A stretch of 64,000 bases of DNA from a virus. Under the pieces are notes generated by a model. That model saw only the letters and a program-made list of their open reading frames with translations, did no database searches and was not told the DNA's origin. Below are positions 10,623 through 20,668 of this stretch, in pieces (within the stretch, counting starts at the first letter, position 1; every line of letters begins with the position of its first letter). A program made the translations under genes and the position numbers. Location of the stretch: IMG/VR virus record IMGVR_UViG_3300045049_000079, positions 25,831 to 89,830 of that record; one strand, given 5' to 3'.

Positions 10623-12078
10623 ATGGAACGTGACAAGAACGGATATGCAGTGCTGACAGTAGCACGTAAGAAATACTACATCACACCTTATCAGGGATAT
10701 TATGCTGTGCGCGACGTTACAGGCGCTATTGTGCGGATTGACGGCAATCAGCAACTTATCTTCGAGAGTGAAGATGCAGCTATCAACTATTTGAGGCAAC
10801 CATGAGCCGCAACAAACAACAAGGGAAATATGCCGGGAAGCTTGGCAGGAAGCATTATAGGACGCGCTTAGAAGATGCCAAAGTGTCTATTGTGGATTGT
10901 TATTATGAGGAGTGGGCAAGGGATCATAGGGCGCCTAGCAAGGCTGCTAGAGACTTCTTTGGAGGTGGGGATATTGGAATCTTTCGATTGATGCGGATGA
11001 GGGTGTTATAATGGACTACAGAGCATTGCTTAAGAAGTACATGCTGTTCTTGCTGTATCGTGAAGGTAGCTGTTTTGTTGATGAAGATGGGCCGGAAGAG
11101 TTGTACGGAGAAGCTAAGCATATGAGTAAGGATGAGAAGCAAGAACTTGCAAGGATTTCTGATGAAGTGTTTGATGAGGATACTTTATGACACGCCTATA
11201 TTATTTTGAAATCAGGGATAAGTACATCGGAGAAGGAAATATCGATGTTCCTGTTAGTTATCACTCTTTGTGCAACGCTAGGTTTTTCATGTCCGAAGAT
11301 TCTGCACAGTTTTGGTGTGATACGTATTGCAAAGACTTTCCAGACGCTGTATTGTGCTCTTTTGAGGCTACAAATTGGCGGAGGGAGGAATGATGATAGA
11401 GTACGAACCTAGAACAATTGGCAACTTATACGCCATCTCTGTCAACGGAACAATTCTAGCCCACAAGAACGGCGAGCCTCGTACATACAAAAGCCACAAG
11501 AAGGCTTTTAAAGCCTCTCAGAGCCTTGGAAATGGTGCGCATGTGGTTTCTGTCATGCTAACTGTTCCGGAGGCTTTACAGCCTGTTAAAATCGATTCTA
11601 GCACGGTTGCAGAAGTGTTGAGGGAGATTGCTAACCAATATGACACGGGACATCCTAGAATTGCTATCTGTGACTTGCGTTCAGATGTGTATGTTCGTAC
11701 GCTTCGTCATACTCCGCTTGGTGAGAAACCAGTGATCGAGAAAGGAGATAGGGATATGGTGTATGAGTTGCACTTGAAATGGTATTGCGATGTTGCTACT
11801 GTGAGGGACAAGGAATGATTACAGAAAACCAAGTATGCGTGTTGCGTGACATGCTGCACGAAGCTAACACAGACTGGCTCATGTCCCATCTGTCCATCGA
11901 GAAAATGGGGAATAGGCATTTTGTTATTGTTGTGGAAGGGGCGAGTGAGCAGGATGTGGAGGAGTTGTTTTGGGATGCGCAAGCCGCATTAGAACTTACT
12001 GACGAGGACTTGAGCAAGCCTCACACTTGCGGACTGTCGGGTAAATATTATGGAGTTTGCCCATTGTGCAAGGATTGA
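10623..12078 (+). other. run of coupled small early ORFs (10623-10805, 10802-11011, ~11011-11190, 11187-11393, 11390-11818, 11815-12078)
   Basis: ATGA/TAATG overlaps and RBSs. Confidence 0.65.
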
Positions 12079-12148
12079 CAGCAGCCGTCCTTCAGGACAA
12101 TTCCCGACAAGGGTGCACAAGCGTCTTTTGTTGTGTGTGGCTTGCGCG

Positions 12149-12817
12149 TTATGCCGTTGCTGGTTCTATGACCATCTCAACTACTCGGATAGGCTCGATA
12201 TTCAATTTAGACTTATGGCCCACTGTGTCGCGCTTATTCCATAGTGGTTGATGCTCAAGAATCATCTGCGCTTCGTAGAATAAGACATCTGGACCGGAAT
12301 CGAAAATGTGAAACTCCATACGGCTAATTTCTGCGATGTCTTTATCCTTAATATGGCTGCTCCACCGAGTAAAGAAGTTATTTGTTTTACCGATATACAG
12401 CACTTCGCCATCACAATCAAAGAAGAAATAACAAACGTAAAGAGCATCCCTCAATGCCCCTTGCACATCTGGCGGAGTTACTAAGTGCTTCAACGGTTCA
12501 GGTTTAATTGACTCTTTTCTGTACCTTGAAGAGATGATTAGTTTCTGATACTGATCTTCAGCACTCTCTAGCTCTGCGTACGCTTTTAACATATCGCGTT
12601 CTGACATCTTCTCCACTACATCGCACCCTAGTTGCTCGTCTAGCGATAGCGAACTTTCATATTCCCTTCTGTCGTACTCTATCCACTTGTCCTCATAAGA
12701 CGGTGCGCGATGATACGCAGCATAAGCCGCAATAATATTCTCGTCCGGTAATTCCCACGCTTGATTGTCGTATAGAATTCTAGCCAGAAAAATCCTCTTC
12801 TGATGTATCGTACTCAT
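12149..12817 (-). CDS. protein with C-terminal GIY-YIG nuclease domain
   Basis: VCYFFFDCDGEVLYIGKTNNFFTRWSSH...E...I...QPLWN, a UvrC-like GIY-YIG signature. Confidence 0.7.
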   Translation of the reverse strand: MSTIHQKRIFLARILYDNQAWELPDENIIAAYAAYHRAPSYEDKWIEYDRREYESSLSLDEQLGCDVVEKMSERDMLKAYAELESAEDQYQKLIISSRYRKESIKPEPLKHLVTPPDVQGALRDALYVCYFFFDCDGEVLYIGKTNNFFTRWSSHIKDKDIAEISRMEFHIFDSGPDVLFYEAQMILEHQPLWNKRDTVGHKSKLNIEPIRVVEMVIEPATA

Positions 12818-13388
12818 TCAATAAACTTTCTTCAATATTAGTAACAACTTCTTTATCTTGAACATCTAACAATTCTTGATTGTAGAGACTGCGCTTGACC
12901 ACTTCCCGACGGATCAACAGTTGGATCAATCCACACGCTTGCATGTATCGTTGTGCTTGCCTTTCACCGACACCGAGCGCATCACTGATGATCGCAGTAG
13001 ACAACTTGTCCAGCTTCGACAGTAGACGATACACAACAGTTGTAGACAACGGACGAGTGTTGCCATTCATGTCCAGGCGCACAACACCATGAAACACATC
13101 TTCAAACGTTGGTGGCAACGTGCATTCCTTCATACTCCACACAACACCGTCGAACAGTTGCACAAGGTCAGCATTGTCCAGCACAACAGGTTTACGCCCC
13201 TTGCTGCGCTCAGGTTCAGGCTTAATCTCATACGTCCACTCTGCATCCGGCTTCCACTTTGGAATCCGCTTCTTCAGCTTCGCGAGTAGTTGCGGCGTCA
13301 TCTCCGCACACTGCAACGGCTTACGCTCGCGCTGATCGTAGTAGGGAGGTTTGCACGCTTCCCACACTGATACGCCATACACTTCCAT
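12780..13388 (-). CDS. putative helix-turn-helix DNA-binding protein
   Basis: STAIISDALGVGERQAQRYM resembles an HTH; ATG 13388 follows AGGTG (alternative GTG 13397). Confidence 0.5.
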   Translation of the reverse strand: MEVYGVSVWEACKPPYYDQRERKPLQCAEMTPQLLAKLKKRIPKWKPDAEWTYEIKPEPERSKGRKPVVLDNADLVQLFDGVVWSMKECTLPPTFEDVFHGVVRLDMNGNTRPLSTTVVYRLLSKLDKLSTAIISDALGVGERQAQRYMQACGLIQLLIRREVVKRSLYNQELLDVQDKEVVTNIEESLLNEYDTSEEDFSG

Positions 13389-13452
13389 TACCGACACCTA
13401 TTATAAGAAGAAACTATAAATCTTGCACAAAAGCAATTACCGACACCTATTA
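13387..13452. repeat. perfect 17-bp direct repeat ATTACCGACACCTATTA (13387-13403, 13436-13452)
   Basis: read directly; core TTACCGAC recurs at 13714-13721. Confidence 0.9.
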
Positions 13453-13647
13453 ATACACAGAATCCAACTTGGCAGACAATTCAGCAAACTTGTACAAACG
13501 ATAAGCTTCCTCGATCTTGCTAGACATCTCTTTATCATCCTTCCAGTTCTTCCTGATAGCATAGATAAGTTGTTTGCTAGAACTCTTGAACTTTTCGACA
13601 ATCTCTGATACAGTGGCGTTACGGTAATCAAAATTCTTACGTGGCAT
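13450..13647 (-). CDS. small 'FDY' protein, paralogue of 8918-9124
   Basis: GAGGA RBS; aligns with the first copy. Confidence 0.75.
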   Translation of the reverse strand: MPRKNFDYRNATVSEIVEKFKSSSKQLIYAIRKNWKDDKEMSSKIEEAYRLYKFAELSAKLDSVY

Positions 13648-13679
13648 ACATTCCTCATAGTGTTGTGTTTAACTATGGA

Positions 13680-13708
13680 ATTATAGTATGAGAGATGTCC
13701 TGTGTCAA
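13680..13708 (-). promoter_or_regulatory. perfect consensus sigma70 promoter
   Basis: TTGACA-17-TATAAT on the minus strand. Confidence 0.85.
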
Positions 13709-13913
13709 TTAATTTACCGACTTAAAATAGCATAACTAACCCTGCTAACGCGGTTAGACAAGCATAAGAATGCTGTAAGGTCTAGCACACAAACAACAAT
13801 AAACCAAAGAACAACAAAAATAAGCAATAACTAACTTATTTTAACAAAGTAAACAACCCCTCGCACAACAATCATAAGAATTGTACGCTTGCGTACAATT
13901 TGTAAGAATGTGC

Positions 13914-13942
13914 TTGACATGCCTAGAAGTAGCTCCTATACT
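13914..13942 (+). promoter_or_regulatory. early sigma70-like promoter
   Basis: TTGACA-17-TATACT, preceded by the palindrome AATTGTACGC-TT-GCGTACAATT (13879-13900). Confidence 0.75.
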
Positions 13943-13978
13943 CCTTACATCAACTCAACACACAACGGAGCAACGAAC

Positions 13979-15148
13979 ATGTACAACCAAGCATTCAACA
14001 CAGAAATCGAAGCTAACGAATTTGTTGCTTTCCTGCAAAAGCTTGGTAAGCATCCCCGTGTCATCAAAACTGTGACGAAGGTTATTGTAACGTTTGAAAC
14101 TCCAATCATTTAACAGGAGATTGCCATGCTACTCACTCAAATTCTTCTAATCGCCCTCTTCCTTTCCTTTGTAGCCCTCCTCTCATTCTGTGCTGTAGCT
14201 GTGCTGAAAGAGGCTTTCAAGGCTGAGAAAGCACATGAGAATAGCATTCTGTGGGAGGGGCAAAGCTGGGAGGCTAGGAAGCGTCGTTTTCAAGAGATGG
14301 GGATTTAACATGATTCATAAATTTATCTTGATTCTAATTATAGGAAACACTAGCCACACTGCCGCAGTGACAACCCTAGGAGAATACGAAAGTGTCGAAT
14401 TGTGTCAAAGTGCTGCTAGTGCTGTAAAGAAATATCTTGATGAGAAAGTTTTTTGGGAATACAAATTCATCTGTGCTGCTAAGAATTAAGGAAATTGAAT
14501 GACTCTCGACACCGTTCTCCTCGTGCTAGGCATTATTGCTGCTGTGGGCATTGTTGGCTGGCTTGTGTATCTCATATTCTTTAAGGACTATAAATGAAAA
14601 CTTACAAAGTAACTTACGATACAATAGAAGCCTACGATCCAGAATATAGCTGTTGGAAACGTACAGTTGTTAGTGCAGAATCTTATGACGATGGAATTAG
14701 CAATTTTATTGCACAGTATCCCGGCAATAAGATTTTCTCTATCGATGAAGTAGATGAGAATGGCAAGTACATTTAAGGATAAATAATCATGGCTAAGAAT
14801 GATAGTGTACAACTCTTGCAAGACAAAATAGCTTTGTTGAAGGAGGCTAGGAGGCTGATCGAGAATCGACAAGAACTTTACATTTGTTATGCTATTTATC
14901 GTTCCACCTCATTAGTGGAAAACACTTACAACAGGTATGTTGCGGCGGATAAGCTATGCTCCTTTATCCAGGATGCGTTAGAGGAATGTTATTATTTCGG
15001 CGAATGGTTTTCAGCTAATAGAAAGGGCTGGAAAGACGACATGGACAGCTTGCGGCAATACAGGCTGCAATGGATCACATGGATGATCGCATGTCTGCAA
15101 GAAGACTTGGAAGCTTTAGCTTCCTCCCTTGCATCCAAGCGCCCCTAA
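13979..15148 (+). other. run of small early ORFs (13979-14113, 14126-14308, 14310-14489, 14594-14776, 14789-15148), several with TM segments
   Basis: RBSs and packing. Confidence 0.65.
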
Positions 15149-15334
15149 CTCAAGCAGAGCTTTCGTTAGTTGTTGCAATGTCTTGAGGAGGATTTGGCTT
15201 GGAAGAATAAGAAACACAAGAAAGCGTAAGAAAGGGCTTGCAATGTGTTGTGGGAGTGCTATACTGATGATACTCACTAAAGTTCGTAAGTTAGGTTCAT
15301 GGGCAGCACGAATAGCATTCTTGAGGAGAACATC

Positions 15335-15768
15335 ATGATTGACTTGACACAATTTGTAGGTAAAACTGTTGCAGCAATTAAACTCTCTAGGTCCGGGGCA
15401 AGCCTACTTATCGTGTTCACCGATGGGAGTGAAATCGAGGTGAATGCACAGGAAAACAAAGGTCAATATCCGACACTGCACATTTATTAATAAGAAAGCG
15501 TAAGAAATCTGTTGACATGGTGTTTTTTTGTGCCTACAATGGAATCATCGCATCTAAGGATGCAATTCGATAGGAGAACAACATGAAAGCATCAAAGATT
15601 AAAAATCTTACACGTGTCCGCATTAAAGGAAAGTTGTACGAATGGAATGATGTGTTTGGTGCATACTGGTCTGTAGAAGGGAAGCCTGGAGAGTTACAAG
15701 AAGAAGATTTAAAAGATGTTGACAAGGACAACTTAGATAGTGCAACTTGGAACGAAAACGATCACTGA
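15335..15768 (+). other. two small early ORFs (15335-15490, 15583-15768)
   Basis: AGGAG RBSs; promoter TTGACA-17-TACAAT at 15512-15540. Confidence 0.65.
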
Positions 15769-15775
15769 GCCTAAC

Positions 15776-16171
15776 ATGAACAAGCTTCTTCCTCTCTGCA
15801 TCCTGTCACTATTCGTGCTATACGGCTGTGTAGAGTCTTCCAAGTCGTACGCCAGGAATCATCCTCAAGATGGGCTTATGTTGAAGATGTCTTATTGCAT
15901 GGACATGCAGCGATATGAAGGGAAAGGCTTCGAGGATGTGGGCTGTAAAGTGGGACATGGGAATGGTAAGATTGGTGTTAAGAAAGACATAATCAAGAAG
16001 CTTGTACAGCGCATCAACATCTATCGAGACAGCTACGAATACACACAGCTTGTCGGCAAGGATGGGCTTGTAGTGTGGTTTAAGGATGATAGTGTTGGTA
16101 GTAGGGAGAAATCTACAGTGTGGCAGGATGGAAAAGGGAAGCTTTACATTGTGTTTGAGAGGGAGGACTAA
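15776..16171 (+). CDS. predicted lipoprotein
   Basis: MNKLLPLCILSLFVLYG/C: basic n-region, hydrophobic core, lipobox-like LYGC. Confidence 0.55.
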   Translation: MNKLLPLCILSLFVLYGCVESSKSYARNHPQDGLMLKMSYCMDMQRYEGKGFEDVGCKVGHGNGKIGVKKDIIKKLVQRINIYRDSYEYTQLVGKDGLVVWFKDDSVGSREKSTVWQDGKGKLYIVFERED

Positions 16172-16341
16172 AAATGATTTTCGTTATTAACTTTGTTGTG
16201 CTGGCTTTCTTGTCGCTTCTGTGGAAAAAGAGCACATGGTTTAATTTCAGCATTAAAGCACTCCTGTTCGCATTGTCTTGTGCAAATGCTTTCTATGCGC
16301 TACAATCGTTTGGGTATGTTGTGAGGGTGTGAGGAGGGATT

Positions 16342-17120
16342 ATGACAACCAAAGTGTTTATGATCGAAAGTGAGCGTGGATGGGGCTCTAAAATTGATGA
16401 AGTGAAAGAGTTTCCTACGTATGATGAAGCTTTAAAGTTCTGCGACGATTACAACAAGAAATGGAATAGCTGGCCTATGGTGCCTGATTGGTACATTGTT
16501 GCTAGAATGGAGGATGAATTCAAATGACAGCACATGAATTAGCTAAGAAGCTGCTAGAGATGCAGGATGTTGAGGTTGTGCTTGACATCGATTATAAATC
16601 ATACACTGCTACAGGTGTTTATGAATACACGAACGTTTATGATGATACAGAAATAAGGATTTATTCTGATGAACAACATTAAATCATACGAGGCAATTGC
16701 ACGGGAAGCTGGGTTTAGACTGCGACACGCTACTAGCGGCTATTATTGGGTATTCCGTTGCCGTGCATCTGCAAGCTTCTACAACACACAAGAGGAAGCC
16801 TGGAAAGCTTGTTGTGAGGAGAATAGTCTATTATGACAAACGAGAAACCACAAGACACGCTTACGGTTGTGTTCATGACTGTTATTCTGCTGATCGGCTT
16901 GTGGCTGGCAGGGATGATTGCTTACGTGTTCTGGCAAGGTGTTTCTACAGCAGCTAGAGTGAAAGAGGCACAGAAACAGGCGCTAGAGCACACAATCGAG
17001 ATGAATCATTGCAAGACTACTGGCTATGTGTATAAGAGTGATGCAAGAGTGTTTCTCTGCGATGATGGGGAGACGTATCGAGAGGATAGGGTGCAGTACA
17101 CGTTGGAGCGTATCAAATAA
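16342..17120 (+). other. small early ORFs (16342-16527, 16833-17120 and short ORFs between)
   Basis: GAGGAG RBSs. Confidence 0.6.
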
Positions 17121-17340
17121 GTCTGTTACAAATTAGCTTGATAATGTGCTTGACGTGCTTAGGGTTCCTGTAGCGAACCCATGTCTGATAGGCTAATCTG
17201 GCGCTGCCCGATAGCTTTGCTGTAGCAGAAAAGAGACAGCGAAAGAATATTGGGAATTTGTGCTTAAGGGGCTTGTGTTTGGGTGTAGAGCGACTATAAT
17301 AAACACATCGAGACAACAACCCCACCTAGGAGCAACTGCC

Positions 17341-17739
17341 ATGAACATGACCCAAGCCACCAAGTACGCATCTGATGCAGGACTGGAATGCGTGTACAAA
17401 AGCATCGGCAAAGTATGGAATGCATACAACAACAAGACTGGTGAGAAGGTTGTCTTTGATGCAAAGATGATTCGCAATCAAAGCGACTACTTTAAAGCGC
17501 TTGTTGACAAGTGCGCTAATCCCACTCACTTGAAAGCATACAATGTCAAAGAGGGTGACACTGGCCAGAGCTACGGCACCATTTGGGCAACTGATGAGCA
17601 ACAAGCCAAGGATAAAGTAGCACAACAGTACGGCTTTGATACGGAAGCTGATTGGTCGTCCTCTATGTACCACACTTCGCATGTTGTGGGTATTGGTGGA
17701 CAGGACAAGTCACACTTGGTTGTGGTTGAAGTAAAGTAA
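17341..17739 (+). CDS. last early-region hypothetical protein
   Basis: AGGAG RBS, TATAAT upstream. Confidence 0.7.
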   Translation: MNMTQATKYASDAGLECVYKSIGKVWNAYNNKTGEKVVFDAKMIRNQSDYFKALVDKCANPTHLKAYNVKEGDTGQSYGTIWATDEQQAKDKVAQQYGFDTEADWSSSMYHTSHVVGIGGQDKSHLVVVEVK

Positions 17740-17765
17740 TCAGACAACTAAATAGCAACACAAAT

Positions 17766-17793
17766 AGGCGTCCTACGGGGCGCTTTTGCTTTT
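17766..17793 (+). terminator. intrinsic terminator closing the early region
   Basis: AGGCGTCC-TACG-GGGCGCTT plus T-rich tail. Confidence 0.75.
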
Positions 17794-18499
17794 GTGCGAG
17801 TGCTTTTCTATGTGTCTGTATGGCGTGCTGCGTAGTGTAATTGGGGACAGAGTGCTATGTAGGTCTATTATTTAGACCGTGTTCAGTTTGACAAAAATTA
17901 GTTGTCGAATGAGAAACTGAAAACCTTGGTCATCAATGAGCCCTATCGAGCATCGATCAACACTCGCCAAACGTGTATTCTGTACAGTGCATACACACAG
18001 ATCGACGTGCAAGCGTGACGAGACAGCGCCTATCAACAGCATGGCAGCAGCTAACGAGGAGCTAGGGCTGTGAGAGGGCGATCCGTGTGAGTAGGAGCGG
18101 ATAGAGGGCCACAGAGGGGCGCTATGGGGTGAGGAGAGGGGATGGGCAGCGGTTGCTACTGGTGACGGGCAGCTATCGTGCGACGGGATGCACAGGTGGA
18201 GGGTAGGCTATTGGCCCGAGTGTGAACAGGTATGTGAAGCTGTACAGTAGTTTGTGTAAAAGGCGTCTCGGTATTCGTGATTTACACAGACTCAGGAAGG
18301 CCCCTAGATGGGCCATAGAGGCGTCATGCACGAGAGTGGCTGTCTCCCACGCAGATATTTTGGAATCCCTACTACGGCCCTTTTCCGGGCTGGGCGGCCC
18401 CATTAAGCCATGAAACCGCCTCAGCGATACTTTGGACCTGACCTTCCCATCTGTCCCAAATAACCACACTTGTCAGAAAATTTTATATCCGAAAAATGC

Positions 18500-18530
18500 A
18501 AAAAGGAGGCGTACCCGAAAGTACCCTCCT
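18500..18530 (-). terminator. intrinsic terminator
   Basis: AGGAGGGTAC...GTACGCCTCCT followed by TTTT on the minus strand. Confidence 0.6.
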
Positions 18531-18613
18531 AGCAAATATGCAGCAACCTGCGTCAAATTGTAATATTTCTTTCTATACAGACACTTGCACGAGATATTTC
18601 AAGCAAAATCTCA

Positions 18614-19300
18614 TCAAGAAATATTGAGCCTTTCCATCAAATTACACACAGTTTTTGCATACCATGTTTTGCCCCGGTGCGTCTTCGTCCCATATTTGTT
18701 CAAGTCGGCAGCGATGGCATTCACAGACATGCCAGATTTCCGCATACGTTCAATATTTGGACGCATGAACTCTGCGAAGGCATCTGCTTCCATCTGCACT
18801 GCCTGTTTACTTTTTTGCACAGCTTTAGGAATAGCTCTACGTACGCTTGGGATATTTGTACCCAAAGGCTCCCCACGAGCTTTCTTTGCAGCGAGTGCAG
18901 CTTTCACACGTTCTGCGATCTTTCTACGTTCTTCTTGTGCGATCATCGAACGAAGAGAGATTTCCAAAGGGGAGCAGTTGATTCCGGTTTCCACGGACAT
19001 AAATTTGCGACCTTTATCCAGCAATCCATGAATGAACGATTCCCGGCGAGAGAGTCGGTCTAGTTTTGACGTGAGGATATAGCAATTTTTAATACGTTCT
19101 GCTTTCTCAAATGCAGCCTTGAGCACAGGACGACGATCAAGGTCGTATTTACCGCTGACGTATTCTTCGCACACTTCCACGATTTCCAAGTTATGAAGCT
19201 TGCAAAATTGCTGCATATCTTCAAGTTGTGCTTCCAAACCAAGACCAGATCGTTTCTGATCTTCAGTGGATACACGGGCGTAGAGGATTACTTTTTTCAT
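18614..19300 (-). CDS. serine recombinase (resolvase/invertase family)
   Basis: YARVST..Q, SG...RP.L, KLDRLSR, A..ER..I.ER motifs; C-terminal LN..G......W DNA-binding region. Confidence 0.92.
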   Translation of the reverse strand: MKKVILYARVSTEDQKRSGLGLEAQLEDMQQFCKLHNLEIVEVCEEYVSGKYDLDRRPVLKAAFEKAERIKNCYILTSKLDRLSRRESFIHGLLDKGRKFMSVETGINCSPLEISLRSMIAQEERRKIAERVKAALAAKKARGEPLGTNIPSVRRAIPKAVQKSKQAVQMEADAFAEFMRPNIERMRKSGMSVNAIAADLNKYGTKTHRGKTWYAKTVCNLMERLNIS

Positions 19301-19387
19301 GTTGTTCTCCTTGTTTGAGTTGATAGAAGTATTCTACACCAGAACTTTGACGTACACAACAGTGTTTTACACAAATACCACAAAAAC

Positions 19388-19418
19388 AAAAAAGCCCGCC
19401 AACCTTCGTCAGCGAGCC
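19388..19418 (-). terminator. intrinsic terminator upstream of the recombinase
   Basis: GGCTCGCTGAC...GTTGGCGGGC TTTTTT. Confidence 0.65.
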
Positions 19419-19430
19419 TGCGAGCGACAA

Positions 19431-19948
19431 TCAATCCCTGTCTAGTGCATCTTTAGCATCTTTCCACCCATCATCATAGCCATTTTCATAAGAGTCTTCA
19501 GCATCCTCTAGTTCATAAATCCGTTCCTGAAGGTGCGCTACAATCTCAAGGTAATCCTCATAACGAACATACCTGCCATAAGAAAGAGGAAGTTCGCCAT
19601 GCTCGTTAATGTCGTAACGTGTAATGTCTGTCATCAATCCCTCCAAGAAGTTGAAATATCATATCCACCAGAACAATCACAAGACTTATTCTCAGCTTTC
19701 TTAACCTTCTCCTCAAGAACACCAGCAATGCGAATGAAGTCTTCGTATCGCACCATTTCTCCTGTTTCAGACTCTTGCATACTGTCTGATGCATCATAGC
19801 GCTTCACATATTTTGGATCATTCTTACGTGCCTCTGCTTCTCGTTCTAGTGCAATCTCTTTACGAAGACGAAGCCACTCATGAAAATCCATATTTTCCAG
19901 AGTCATGACACCAACCTTCATCAAACTCTTCTTTGTTTCGTCGTTCAT
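19431..19948 (-). other. two small related ORFs (19431-19634, 19634-19948)
   Basis: both contain RYD...G..VRYED. Confidence 0.6.
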
Positions 19949-20499
19949 CAAATCTCCCACCTAAGTTTTTCAGCCCAATATTCCACTTGATCCCTCACAT
20001 CCTGCTCTGTCTGCACAATGTCAATCCCATCTTCAAAACGCTGTTTGAAGCCTTTAGGGAGAAGCATTGTCGTAGGAATGCCAAGAACATACCCTGCAAC
20101 TCCTCCTGCTAGGTCGATTCCCGTTTGTCCACCTGAGATGATTTCCTTAACAGGGTAGTATTCGCTAACTTGTGCAAGAATCCTGTAAACATATTTGTTA
20201 ACCACTTCCTGACACCATGCCCGCTTATGCAGTGTGTAGATTCCATTACCTGCAACATTGATAATCGCAGGGTTATTGTTTCCATTGCGAGCAAGACGTT
20301 TGAACAAAAGTCTAGCATTCTCAATGGAAGGTAACTCAGGATCAAGCTTAAGATATTTATCCCCAGCAGCCTTGTGCGTCAACTTCTCCCCTGCTGTGTT
20401 GTAATCTACAGCAATCGCAATCGTGACATCTCCCTTTGCTGCATTAGCGTACGTGCGAGGGCCGTAGCTGCTGGATGTGTGTTCAAGGATTGTTAGCAT
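19948..20499 (-). CDS. SLOG superfamily (YpsA/cpYpsA-like) nucleotide-binding protein
   Basis: IISGGQTGID, Y.PRT..N and INVAG motifs; GAGGT RBS. Confidence 0.65.
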   Translation of the reverse strand: MLTILEHTSSSYGPRTYANAAKGDVTIAIAVDYNTAGEKLTHKAAGDKYLKLDPELPSIENARLLFKRLARNGNNNPAIINVAGNGIYTLHKRAWCQEVVNKYVYRILAQVSEYYPVKEIISGGQTGIDLAGGVAGYVLGIPTTMLLPKGFKQRFEDGIDIVQTEQDVRDQVEYWAEKLRWEI

Positions 20500-20668
20500 G
20501 CGTACCTCAACAATAAATTTCAATCAACATAACACCAATCATATACCCCATGATAAGACCCATTGTGTAGATGTTCATACGTGCGCCATATCAGGAAGCA
20601 AACCAATTGCTACAGCGAGTGTAATAGCAACAACGATAACACAATAAAAGAAATCACACAGTTTCATC

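Noticed and set aside
13387-13452. Repeat-32bp-repeat as a mini CRISPR array
   Set aside because: Only two 17-bp copies, non-palindromic, overlapping gene ends, and no cas genes
18614-19300. Integrase indicating lysogeny
   Set aside because: Too short for a large serine integrase; no repressor or att site seen
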